The translations under genes were made by a program, and so were the position numbers. Below are positions 27,048-35,832 of a stretch of DNA of 64,000 nucleotides, piece by piece. Positions within the stretch are counted from its first letter, which is position 1; each line of letters starts with the position of its first letter. Source of the DNA: Pseudomonas sp. (GTDB lineage Bacteria > Pseudomonadota > Gammaproteobacteria > Pseudomonadales > Pseudomonadaceae); assembly GCA_048266525.1 (NCBI GenBank), contig JBLWZG010000008.1:3136-67135 (forward strand), written 5' to 3'. Under the pieces are notes generated by a model, which worked only from the letters and a program-made list of their open reading frames with translations, did not search any database and was not told the DNA's origin.

Positions 27048-27466
27048 GGCCCTAAAGTGCCGACCTACAGGATCTGCGGGTTTGCCAGGTGTGGTTGGGC
27101 TAAGGCCCGAGCTAAGGTCGTTCTTGTTGTAGGTCGTTCATTTATGAACGACATAACCAACCCGCTTGGCGATGCGATTGTCGGCCTGTAGGTCGTTCAT
27201 TTATGAACGACAAGACCAACCCGCTTGGCGATGCGGTTGTCGGCCTGTAGGTCGTTCATTTATGAACGACAAGAGCAACCCGCTTGGCGATACGGTTGTC
27301 GGCCTGTAGGTCGTTCATTTATGAACGACAAATCCAGCCCGCTTGGCGATGTGATTGTCGGCCTGTAGGTCGTTCATTTATGAACGACAAGAGCAACCCG
27401 CTTGGCGATGTGATTGTCGGCACCTAAAGTGCCGACCTACAGGGGCTGCGGGTTTGCCAAGTGTTG
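27048..27466. repeat. REP-like hairpin array: five tandem 59-bp units flanked by a direct repeat of about 50 bp
   Basis: Units start at 27127, 27186, 27245, 27304 and 27363. Each contains the hairpin GTCGTTCA-ttta-TGAACGAC. The flanking copies GATTGTCGGC.CCTAAAGTGCCGACCTACAGG..CTGCGGGTTTGCCA lie at about 27050 and about 27411. Confidence 0.9.
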
Positions 27467-27477
27467 TATCGAAAAGC

Positions 27478-28140
27478 CTAGCGGCGCAGGTAGGTAGAGA
27501 AATCAATATCACCCACGGAGAGGATGGCTTGCACGCGGTTATGCACATTGAGTTTTCTTAAAATCGCTGAGACATGCGCTTTGACTGTGGTTTCGGCAAT
27601 ATCTAAATTATAGGCAATCTGCTTATTGGCCTCGCCCTTGGCCATGCGCTCGAGCACTTGCAATTGTTTGCGCGTCAGCGCCTGTAACAGCTCTGGAGAA
27701 ATGGTCGCCTCACGGGGGGTACGGCGGGTGTTAGCTTGTTCTGAGCGAATGATCTCTGCCGGCAAATACACATGCCCTGCTAACACTTGCGCGATTGCTG
27801 CAGTCATTTGTTCACGTGGTGTGGACTTGGTGATGAAGCCTACTGCACCGTAGGTGATGGCTTGTAAAACAATGTGCTTGTCTTGTTCAGCAGAAACAAT
27901 CACCACCGGAATGGTGGGTGCTTCATTGCGTAAACTCATCAAACCATTGAGCCCGCTCATGCCGGGCATGTTTAAGTCCAATAGAATTAAATCCAAATTA
28001 TCCTGCTCCGTTGCCAGCAGCAGGGTGCTATCCAAGTCTGCGGTTTCGATGATGGTGCAGTCAGGAAAGCCAGAGCGAATGACATTGCAAATCGCCTCGC
28101 GAAATAGGGGATGATCGTCAGCGATTAATATGTTGTACAT
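27478..28140 (-). CDS. erbR: NarL/LuxR-family response regulator (ErbR/AgmR/PedR1-like)
   Basis: Receiver begins [15 protein letters not shown]. The C-terminal LuxR HTH reads [27 protein letters not shown]. Position matches the ped/exa cluster. Confidence 0.75.
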   Translation of the reverse strand: MYNILIADDHPLFREAICNVIRSGFPDCTIIETADLDSTLLLATEQDNLDLILLDLNMPGMSGLNGLMSLRNEAPTIPVVIVSAEQDKHIVLQAITYGAVGFITKSTPREQMTAAIAQVLAGHVYLPAEIIRSEQANTRRTPREATISPELLQALTRKQLQVLERMAKGEANKQIAYNLDIAETTVKAHVSAILRKLNVHNRVQAILSVGDIDFSTYLRR

Positions 28141-28178
28141 GGTCTTTGACCTCGTTTTTATAGATAACACACAAGTGA

Positions 28179-28724
28179 TTAGAAAGGTTCAGGTTGTGAC
28201 AATTGCAGTGGCAAATCAGCTTGTTCCCAGCCGTCAGTGCCATCGCGTAGCCAGTAAAGATTGCTATAGCCTAGTGCGTGTGCGCGCTTGACTGCATTCC
28301 AGCCCAGCCAACAATCAGAACGACAGTAAAACACAATAGGGTGTGAGCTGTTATTGGCTGTGGCCTGCTCAAGATTACGTTTACAGTATGCCAGCCATTG
28401 CGCACTTAGCGTGCCATCCCCGCAATTGGCCAACCATAGGCTTTTGGGTAGATTACGGTGTGGCTCTGGCAGAGTGAACTGCCCGCGTAGCCATGGATTA
28501 CGGTATACATCAACCAGCAGCAAATCAGGGATTTTCTGTTGTAAGGCCAGTAGTTCACTGGGCTCAATGGTTTTGGCATGCTCGTGAAAGGTGGGCGTAG
28601 GACTGCGATAGAGGGTGCTTCGGTAGCCATCTTCTGTAAATAAATTGCTTGGCTCTGCATAACTGTTGACTGACACTAAGTACAACAATGTTGCTGCGAG
28701 CGCAGTACAGACTGATTTCAACAT
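28179..28724 (-). CDS. Periplasmic rhodanese-like protein (PQQ-dependent catabolism-associated CXXCW-motif family)
   Basis: Has a signal peptide and the Cys motif [11 protein letters not shown]. Its position between erbR and pedC matches P. putida. Confidence 0.6.
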   Translation of the reverse strand: MLKSVCTALAATLLYLVSVNSYAEPSNLFTEDGYRSTLYRSPTPTFHEHAKTIEPSELLALQQKIPDLLLVDVYRNPWLRGQFTLPEPHRNLPKSLWLANCGDGTLSAQWLAYCKRNLEQATANNSSHPIVFYCRSDCWLGWNAVKRAHALGYSNLYWLRDGTDGWEQADLPLQLSQPEPF

Positions 28725-28834
28725 AAGTATTCCTCTTCGCCAGTCAATTCATTAGATGCAAAAGAAGCACCTTTGCAAATGGTACGTTGTGCTCTATGCC
28801 TTGCTACTAAAGTGCTGTTTTTTGTTATGGGGGA

Positions 28835-29632
28835 TTATGTGCGTTGTGCCGAGCGCAATGATGAGCGTTTCGGGCTAAAGGTTAAGACCGCAGCGACCAA
28901 GCAAATCTGGGTAGTGGTAGCACAGACCATCAGCGCGCCTAGATTAAATTGCAAGTACAGCGCGTAACGAACCAACTCGACCGCATGACTGAAGGGATTG
29001 ATCAGGCAGATCCAATACAACCAGAGACTGGCTTCTTGCATTTTCCACAGTGGGTACAAGGCTGAGGATAAGAAAAACAGCGGGAAAATTACAAAATTCA
29101 TGACCCCAGCAAAGTTCTCCAACTGGCGAATGCCATTGGATAACAGCAAGCCAATCGCACCAAGCATCAATGCCACCATAAACAAAGCCGGTAAAGCACT
29201 GAGCAAGCCCAGCCAAGGTGGCTGTACTCCGTAGAGCCAGGTGATGGCTAAGAAAATATACACTTGGACAATCGAAATGCAGGCGCTGGCGATTAATTTG
29301 CTGACCAATAAAAAGCTGCGCGGCTGTGGGCTGGTCAATAAAATACGCATGCTGCCCATCTCGCGATCATAGACCATACTTAACGAGCTCTGCATGCCGT
29401 TGAACAGCAAAATCATGCACACCAACCCCGGCACAATATAGGTTTCATAGGTGATGTAGGTGTCATAAGGCGCAATGATGGCGATGCCCAGCGCTGCACG
29501 AAAGCCTGAGGCAAATACAATCAGCCACAATAACGGACGCACTAAAGCGCTGAGCAGACGGGTACGTTGCTGCCAAAACCTCAGCCATTCACGGAAAAAA
29601 ATACCTGAGAGGCAATACCAATAGGCCTTCAT
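28835..29632 (-). CDS. pedC: ABC-2 type transporter permease
   Basis: 265-aa polytopic membrane protein. It overlaps the upstream ATPase gene by 4 nt. Confidence 0.75.
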   Translation of the reverse strand: MKAYWYCLSGIFFREWLRFWQQRTRLLSALVRPLLWLIVFASGFRAALGIAIIAPYDTYITYETYIVPGLVCMILLFNGMQSSLSMVYDREMGSMRILLTSPQPRSFLLVSKLIASACISIVQVYIFLAITWLYGVQPPWLGLLSALPALFMVALMLGAIGLLLSNGIRQLENFAGVMNFVIFPLFFLSSALYPLWKMQEASLWLYWICLINPFSHAVELVRYALYLQFNLGALMVCATTTQICLVAAVLTFSPKRSSLRSAQRT

Positions 29633-30360
29633 AGTGCTTCCTTTGGCGTCAGTTGTGCAAAGATCTGCGTCAGTGTTTGCTGCTGATACTGGGCTTGGAT
29701 GGCCGCAATACTGCCGTTGGCGACTAAGGCACCTTGGTTAAGGATTAACACATGATCGTCTGGGCCGATTTCGTCCAATAAATGGGTGGTGGACAACACG
29801 GCAATATCGCGCTCGGCACAGAGGCTGCGCAAATGTGCCTGTAACGCTTGGCGACTGGCAGGATCGAGTCCTACGCTGGCTTCATCGAGCAGCAGTAAGC
29901 GCGGGTTGTGCAGGAGTGCGCGGGCAATTTCAACGCGTCGGCGGTGACCGCCATTGAGCAGGCGCACTTTGTCATGACGTCGATCACTGAGCTGCTGGCG
30001 TGCTAGCTCATCATTAATGCGTTGCTTGGCGTCAGCCGGAGAAAAACCATGCAAGGCAGCGTGGTAGCGCAGGTTTTGCTCAACGCTGAGGTCCAGGTCG
30101 AGGGTGCTTTGTTGAAAGACCACGCCTAGCTCACGCAGGGCTAAGCGTGGACTGCGATTCAGGTCATGGCCGCTGACATAAATCTGCCCCTGTTGAATCG
30201 GAAAAAGGCAGGTGAGCAAGGAAATCAGGGTTGTTTTGCCGGCCCCGTTGGGTCCGAGTAAGGCGGTCAGGCGGCCTTTCGGGCAACTGAAGTTCAGCGC
30301 ATGTAAGACATCACGTGCGCCATAGGAAAAACTGACATCGCTGACTTGCAAAGCATTCAT
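29629..30360 (-). CDS. pedB: ABC transporter ATP-binding protein
   Basis: Walker A GPNGAGKTT, signature LNGGHRRR, Walker B LLLLDEASVGLD. ATG 30360 forms an ATGA overlap with the upstream stop. Confidence 0.85.
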   Translation of the reverse strand: MNALQVSDVSFSYGARDVLHALNFSCPKGRLTALLGPNGAGKTTLISLLTCLFPIQQGQIYVSGHDLNRSPRLALRELGVVFQQSTLDLDLSVEQNLRYHAALHGFSPADAKQRINDELARQQLSDRRHDKVRLLNGGHRRRVEIARALLHNPRLLLLDEASVGLDPASRQALQAHLRSLCAERDIAVLSTTHLLDEIGPDDHVLILNQGALVANGSIAAIQAQYQQQTLTQIFAQLTPKEAL

Positions 30361-31316
30361 GGTGTCACCACAACGCCCCAAGGGTAACGGCCGACTTTAA
30401 TTGACTTGGTGACTTTGAGGCTGTCGACATCAATCAAGGAGACATCACCACTGACGCCATTGGTCGACACTAAAGTTTTCTGATCTGGGGTAAAGGCCAT
30501 ATGCCAGACGCGGCGACCGACCAGTAAATAATCTAAAATCTCCCAGGTTTTCGCATCCACCACGGCAATGTGATTGGCCGGGCCGAGTGCGACGAAAGCG
30601 TAACGGCCATCGTCCGTCAGCTTGATGCCGACCGGCTGGATTTTGTCAGGGTGCACACCTTTGATTTCGAAGGTCATGCTTTTCAAAATCTCACGCTGAT
30701 CAACATCGATGATGGTTACCGTGCCGCCGATTTCTGCGCTGGCCCACAGACGTTTACTGTCTTTACTGAACTCAACGTGACGTGGACGCTGATCGACCAA
30801 GGTATTGTGCACCAGCTCATTGCTGGCGGTGTCGATCCAATGCAGCATGTTGGTGGTTTCACTGGTATTGACCGCCCATTTGCCATCAGGGCTGACTGCC
30901 ATGCCTTCTGGCTCGACACCGACATCAATCTGCGCCATGACAATGTTGCTCTCGACATCCACCACGGTGACCAAGGCGTCGTCTTCATTGGAGATGTACA
31001 GCCACTTATTATTGGGGTGTAAAGCAAATTGCTCAGGGTCATCGCCGGAGGCCAGCTCTTTGATAATAGTGCGGTTACTTAAGTCCATCACCTGCACGCG
31101 ATCCGAGTCGCTGGCGCAGATATACAGCAGTTTATTGTCATGTGAGAGCAAGAGGCCGCGCGGACGCATACCAACGTCAAGGGTCTCGGTGACGGTTTGC
31201 GTGGCTAGATCAATCACGCTGATGGTGTCGTCTTTTTCATTTGACACGTAAGCGGTAGCTGCCAAGCTGGTTTGGCAGACTAGAAACAGAGCGGATAAAG
31301 CTAATAAACGGCGCAT
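30357..31316 (-). CDS. pedA2: YVTN-family beta-propeller repeat protein (PQQ-dependent catabolism-associated)
   Basis: Has a signal peptide and repeated modules of the form YVSNEKDDTISVIDL / YISNEDDALVTVVD. Confidence 0.75.
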   Translation of the reverse strand: MRRLLALSALFLVCQTSLAATAYVSNEKDDTISVIDLATQTVTETLDVGMRPRGLLLSHDNKLLYICASDSDRVQVMDLSNRTIIKELASGDDPEQFALHPNNKWLYISNEDDALVTVVDVESNIVMAQIDVGVEPEGMAVSPDGKWAVNTSETTNMLHWIDTASNELVHNTLVDQRPRHVEFSKDSKRLWASAEIGGTVTIIDVDQREILKSMTFEIKGVHPDKIQPVGIKLTDDGRYAFVALGPANHIAVVDAKTWEILDYLLVGRRVWHMAFTPDQKTLVSTNGVSGDVSLIDVDSLKVTKSIKVGRYPWGVVVTP

Positions 31317-31372
31317 GGTGTGTCCTTATTGTTATCAATAGTTGACCGCTACAACAGCCAATAGGCGCGTTG

Positions 31373-32551
31373 TTACAGGGCTTTGTCGCTTAAATGGCAG
31401 GTGGTTTCGGCTTGGTCGAAACCTAAACTGTCCATTTCATTACGCGGGTGCAAGAAGCCCTCTTGTGGTGAGGTGCTGACCAGTGAACGTGGGTGGACGA
31501 GGGCAATGGGTTGGCGCAACTGGCCACTCCATGGGCGAAAACTCAGTTTGCGTCCTTTAAAACCATCGATGGGCAGTTGATCGCTGAGTGCTAAGGCGCG
31601 GATCTGCGCAGGGTCAGCATGTTTGAGTTTGGTCACTGCGGTGGCAATGCTGCGTAACGCAATCCAGCTGGCAAAGTCGATACTGTTCATCCAACGTTGG
31701 GCGTGTTTTTCAAAGCGCTTTTGCAGCTGCGCGGCACCATAGGTTTCAATGGTTTTATGCCAGCCCACTGGGGTTAAGCCTTGGGTGCCAATCACCGGGC
31801 GTGGCAGCCAAGTGTTGTAAGGCAAGTACTCACCAAAATCACCGGCTTTATCGGCCACCACCACCACGTCATAGTTTTTACTTTGGGTAAATAGCGGCAT
31901 TTCTGCGCTGGCCGAGCGGCGCTGATCGCTGCTGAAGTCCCAATGCTTTTCCGCCACGATGGTTAAACCAAAGCGTTTGGCTGAACGGCGTAAGGCGTTG
32001 GCATAGGCGATGTCTTCAGGGGCTTGGCCGACAATCAACAGCCAGCGTTGCCATTGGCGCAGCGCCATAAACTGGGCTAAAGCATCGGTTAACATCGCAT
32101 CGCTGGGTAAGGTATGCAGGACATTGCTGATGCAGGCGGACTGGCGTAGCTCGTCATCGGCACTGCCGGCGTTAAAAAACAAGCTGTCCGGTAGTTGCGT
32201 GGCCAGCTGACGCAGCATACTTTGTGGTGCATTGACCACAAACAAACGGACCCCAGCGTCATGCTGCGCGGTGGCGGCGGCCAGCAGTTGCTCGGCGCTA
32301 GCAGAGCTGTGGCTGCTCAGAGTGTAATGTTGTTTGAGAAAACGCCCAGTGCTGTTGTTGTCGTTTAATGCCAATTCAGCGCCGCGCAAGCCGCTGTCGG
32401 TGGGTTCAGGGATGACATTAGAGAGTAGCGGGCGAGCGGCCGGTTGGTAGGCTAAATAAGCAATGCTGATCTCGAGAGTCTCGGCATTATGGGTGGTTGC
32501 AAAGCTGGAGTGGATACAGCCCAGCGAGAGTAGAAAAAGTAAAATACGCAT
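31373..32551 (-). CDS. pedA1: ABC substrate-binding protein, PQQ-dependent alcohol dehydrogenase system
   Basis: ATG 32551 follows a GAGGAA RBS and gives the signal peptide MRILLFLLSLGCIHSSFA. Gene order A1-A2-B-C matches P. putida. Confidence 0.65.
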   Translation of the reverse strand: MRILLFLLSLGCIHSSFATTHNAETLEISIAYLAYQPAARPLLSNVIPEPTDSGLRGAELALNDNNSTGRFLKQHYTLSSHSSASAEQLLAAATAQHDAGVRLFVVNAPQSMLRQLATQLPDSLFFNAGSADDELRQSACISNVLHTLPSDAMLTDALAQFMALRQWQRWLLIVGQAPEDIAYANALRRSAKRFGLTIVAEKHWDFSSDQRRSASAEMPLFTQSKNYDVVVVADKAGDFGEYLPYNTWLPRPVIGTQGLTPVGWHKTIETYGAAQLQKRFEKHAQRWMNSIDFASWIALRSIATAVTKLKHADPAQIRALALSDQLPIDGFKGRKLSFRPWSGQLRQPIALVHPRSLVSTSPQEGFLHPRNEMDSLGFDQAETTCHLSDKAL

Positions 32552-32710
32552 AACAATGAATTCCTCTCTGATTAAAAACCAGCATAGGAACTGTCTGTCA
32601 CGAAAGGAATATGCAGAAAGTACCAAGCATGCAGTACCAAGGTAGGAGATTGTTTAGATTGCGCTCTGATTAGCATGGCCTTGTCATAAAAATAACTAGG
32701 AAGACAGACT

Positions 32711-33148
32711 ATGAGCTTTTTAAAAGCGACAACGTTAGCGGCAGTGTTGGTGTGTGGTATGGCAGGTATTGATACGGTGAAAGCCGCTGGAGATCTGACC
32801 ACCAAGCCGGAACGTTTGCCTGACTTAGTGATGGGCTCAGAGCAAAGCGACTACAGTTTTTCCGAAAAGACCTACGCATTAAGCACCGGTAGTTCTTACC
32901 GTCTCAAAGTCATTTCCAACGGGCAAAAAGAATGTGCCTTTCAAGCACCGCAGTTTATGCAGTCCATCTATTTACGCAAAGTAGAAGCCGGCGGCATGGA
33001 AATCAAAGTCATTATGCTGACTGAGCTTGAGTTTGAAGATGCAGGGCAAGCGGAGATGTTCTTTGTGCCGATTCGACCTGGCCGCTTCCCGTTCTACTGT
33101 AAGGGCCTGGAAGGCAAAGGGATGCAGGGCGAATTTGTGGTTAAGTGA
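32711..33148 (+). CDS. Small periplasmic cupredoxin-like protein lacking the His ligands
   Basis: Has a signal peptide. The C-terminal FYCKGLEGKGMQGEFVV resembles the blue-copper C..H..M loop, but with no His. Confidence 0.4.
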   Translation: MSFLKATTLAAVLVCGMAGIDTVKAAGDLTTKPERLPDLVMGSEQSDYSFSEKTYALSTGSSYRLKVISNGQKECAFQAPQFMQSIYLRKVEAGGMEIKVIMLTELEFEDAGQAEMFFVPIRPGRFPFYCKGLEGKGMQGEFVVK

Positions 33149-33166
33149 TGTTAACAAACAAGGATT

Positions 33167-34444
33167 ATGCCTATGTCGGCATTATGGCGCATCAACCTGT
33201 ATGTCACCTTGTTCTTCGCAGCGGTGGTGGCGGTTTGTTTAGTGGTGTTGTTGCGCCAAGCGCAGGCGGATGTCAAACGTGAGTTAGGCGCTGCACAAGT
33301 TTTGGTCGACTATTTGGCTGAAGCGGCAGCGCATGATCCCGAACGCTTTGTGCGTTTAGAAGGCTATTTGCGTCACGTGCGTCTTGAGTTGGTGGAGTCA
33401 GGACACACCAGCCAGTTAAACACCGCGCACAGTCATGACCGTTTAACTCAGTTGTTGTACCCGCAGCCGGCCCCTTTACATCGCATCGAGTTGGCCGATG
33501 GTCGTGCGTTATTTATGGCAATTGACCCGCAAGATGAAGTGGAAGAAGCGCAGGACTCCATTGTGCAGTTGCTCGGCGTATTTGCCTTGGCGCTGCTGTT
33601 GACCTTGCTCACTATTCGCTGGGCGGTGCGCCGGGGTTTGTTGGTATTGGAGGATGTGCTGTTGGCCTTGCAACACATTGGTGAAGGCCAGCTGGCCGTG
33701 CGTTTACAGCGCTACCCGGTGCATGAGGCGGAACAGCTTGCTGAGCAGTTTAATAAAATGGCCACGGCATTGCAGAGCACGCAAGCGGAAAACATGCAGT
33801 TGACCCGCGCATTGTTGAATCTACAAGACAGCGAACGCAGCCGTCTTGGGCAAACCTTGCATGATGACTTAGGCCAGTATGTGGCCGGCATGCGCGCGCA
33901 AATTAAGCTCTTGCAAGTGCTGCATGAGCAGCCACAAAGCGTCTTAGCTGTGGCGCAAACCTTAGAAGAGCACGGCCGGCAATTACAAACTGGTTTTCGC
34001 TGTTTGGTGCGCGATTTATACCCTGCTATGTTGGACCACCTGAATGCGGTGGAAATGCTGGATAACCTGCAGCAACAATGGCAACAAAATCATGGCGGTC
34101 ATTGCCGTTTACATGTGTTGGGTGTTATTCCAGAGTTGGCTGTTGCGCAAAAAAACCAGCTCTATCGTTTTCTCCAAGAAGCGTTAACCAATGTCAGCCG
34201 GCATGCACAGGCTACGCATGTGCACCTGTGGTTGCAGTATAAGGACCACGTGTTACGTATTCTGGTTCGCGATAACGGGCAAGGCACTTCAGCACCGCAG
34301 CAAGGTTTAGGTTTGCGTTCGATGGCTGAGCGCGCACGCAGCTTGGCTGCGCAATTGCAGATTAAGGCGCGAGAAAATCGCGGCTGGAGCCTCTATCTTT
34401 ATTTACCCCTAGCAGGCGCACACAATGAAAATATTATTGGTTGA
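33167..34444 (+). CDS. pedS2: NarX-type sensor histidine kinase (HisKA_3)
   Basis: N-terminal TM helix, HAMP-like region, H-box LHDDLGQ, N-box LTNVSRHAQA, G-box DNGQG...GLGLRSM. Confidence 0.75.
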   Translation: MPMSALWRINLYVTLFFAAVVAVCLVVLLRQAQADVKRELGAAQVLVDYLAEAAAHDPERFVRLEGYLRHVRLELVESGHTSQLNTAHSHDRLTQLLYPQPAPLHRIELADGRALFMAIDPQDEVEEAQDSIVQLLGVFALALLLTLLTIRWAVRRGLLVLEDVLLALQHIGEGQLAVRLQRYPVHEAEQLAEQFNKMATALQSTQAENMQLTRALLNLQDSERSRLGQTLHDDLGQYVAGMRAQIKLLQVLHEQPQSVLAVAQTLEEHGRQLQTGFRCLVRDLYPAMLDHLNAVEMLDNLQQQWQQNHGGHCRLHVLGVIPELAVAQKNQLYRFLQEALTNVSRHAQATHVHLWLQYKDHVLRILVRDNGQGTSAPQQGLGLRSMAERARSLAAQLQIKARENRGWSLYLYLPLAGAHNENIIG

Positions 34445-35072
34445 TGATCACGCGGTGGTGCGTCAAGGCTACGCCAGTTTACTCAAAGCCCTGCTGCCTG
34501 ATGTGCAGGTCAATGAAGCCGACAGTGGTGAAGATGCTTTGCAGGCAGTGCCGCAACTCGCCCCACATTTGGTGGTGTTGGATATTGGTTTGCCAGGCAT
34601 CAGTGGTTTAGAGACCTGCCGTCGTCTGCGTCAACGTTTACCGCAGTTGCCGGTGCTTTTTTTTAGCATGCATGATGAATTGTCCTTGGTGCGCCAAGCC
34701 TTGGATGCGGGAGCCACGGGCTACATCACCAAGAGCTCGAGTCCTGATGTGTTGGTCGAGGCGGTGCGCCGTACACTCTCTGGCCACATGTACATTGAAC
34801 AAGCATTAGCCACGCAACTGGCCAGCCAGAAATATACTCAAGGGGCGATTGATCCACGCTTACAAAGCATGACGCCAAGGGAAATGGAGGTGTTTGTCAT
34901 GTTGTCGCGCGGTTTGCCAACCCAGCAGATTGCGGCAAAACTCTGTATCAGTAATAAAACAGTGTCCAATTACATGACGCTATTGAAGCATAAGTTACAA
35001 GTCAGTTCGCACGTTGAGTTGGTGCATTTGGCGATTGATACGGGGGTGTTGCGCATTGGTGAAGCCAGCTAA
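34425..35072 (+). CDS. pedR2: NarL/LuxR-family response regulator
   Basis: Begins MKILLVDDHAVVRQGY. The LuxR HTH reads TQQIAAKLCISNKTVSNYMTLLKHKL. It overlaps the kinase gene. Confidence 0.8.
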   Translation: MKILLVDDHAVVRQGYASLLKALLPDVQVNEADSGEDALQAVPQLAPHLVVLDIGLPGISGLETCRRLRQRLPQLPVLFFSMHDELSLVRQALDAGATGYITKSSSPDVLVEAVRRTLSGHMYIEQALATQLASQKYTQGAIDPRLQSMTPREMEVFVMLSRGLPTQQIAAKLCISNKTVSNYMTLLKHKLQVSSHVELVHLAIDTGVLRIGEAS

Positions 35073-35098
35073 TAGGCCGTGGCAAACGGCTATTAGCT
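35067..35098. terminator. Hairpin between convergent genes (bidirectional terminator candidate)
   Basis: AGCTAATAGGCCG...CGGCTATTAGCT, 12-bp stem with one bulge. Confidence 0.5.
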
Positions 35099-35115
35099 GA
35101 AGGTGCGGATTGTTA

Positions 35116-35757
35116 TTACCAATCGAGCGGACATGCAGTGCAGCCTTCCATAAACGTGCCCAAGAAAGTTGCATAATGACGGCGTGCGCCAGTCATATTG
35201 GCTTTGGCCATATTGGCTTCGCTGAGTTTGGACTCTTGCATATTGGCGTCAATAAAAGTCGACTTGCGCAGGTCTGCTTTGGTCAGCCAGGCCATTTCTA
35301 AGTTGGCCGCATTAAAGTTTGCACTCTGTAAATCTGCCCCAGAGAAGCGTGCAAAATCTAAATTAGCGCCATTAAAATCAGTGTTTTTGCCCTTCGCGCC
35401 TTGTGCCATTAAGGCCCAGCCGGTAATGGCAACCAGTTTGGTATTGCTCAGATTAGCGCCGCGCAGGCTGGCTTGTTGTAAGCTGGCGCGGGTCAAGTTA
35501 GCGCCGGACAGGTCAGCTTTATCAAAGGTGGATAAATCAAGTTGGGCGTGACGTAAGTTGGCCCCAGATAAGTTTGCTCCATTGAAGTTGATTTTACGCA
35601 GATTCATATTGCTTAGATCCGCGTTGCGTAAATCCATGCCGGTACAGTTGCTGGCGGGCTCAAGCTTACAGCCATTGATGGTTGGCACGTCGTCTTGGTT
35701 GGCGACCACTGCAGTGCTTAACAGAAGGGCTACAACAGATAAAATATGGCGTTGCAT
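35116..35757 (-). CDS. Secreted pentapeptide-repeat protein
   Basis: Has a signal peptide and long A(D/N)LXX repeats (ANLSGANLRHAQLDLSTFDKADLSGANLTRASL...). Confidence 0.85.
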   Translation of the reverse strand: MQRHILSVVALLLSTAVVANQDDVPTINGCKLEPASNCTGMDLRNADLSNMNLRKINFNGANLSGANLRHAQLDLSTFDKADLSGANLTRASLQQASLRGANLSNTKLVAITGWALMAQGAKGKNTDFNGANLDFARFSGADLQSANFNAANLEMAWLTKADLRKSTFIDANMQESKLSEANMAKANMTGARRHYATFLGTFMEGCTACPLDW

Positions 35758-35832
35758 ATACAGTACCTCAGTAAAAACCGCTGCTATGCAAGCACAGCAG
35801 CGGTGCGGGTTAAGTGAATAGACGCAGTGCTA

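Noticed and set aside
27127-27421. Regularly spaced 59-bp repeats that could be mistaken for a CRISPR array
   Set aside because: The inter-hairpin 'spacers' are nearly identical from unit to unit. The whole 59 bp repeats as one unit, and no cas genes are present. This is a tandem REP-like array, not a CRISPR.
27355-27561. 68-aa ORF running through the repeat array
   Set aside because: It is composed of repeat units and overlaps the 3' end of the erbR-like gene on the opposite strand, so it is a repeat-generated artefact.
30570-31251. 150-aa and 148-aa plus-strand ORFs within the YVTN propeller gene
   Set aside because: These are antisense to a gene with a clear repeat architecture and operon coupling, and no motifs support them.
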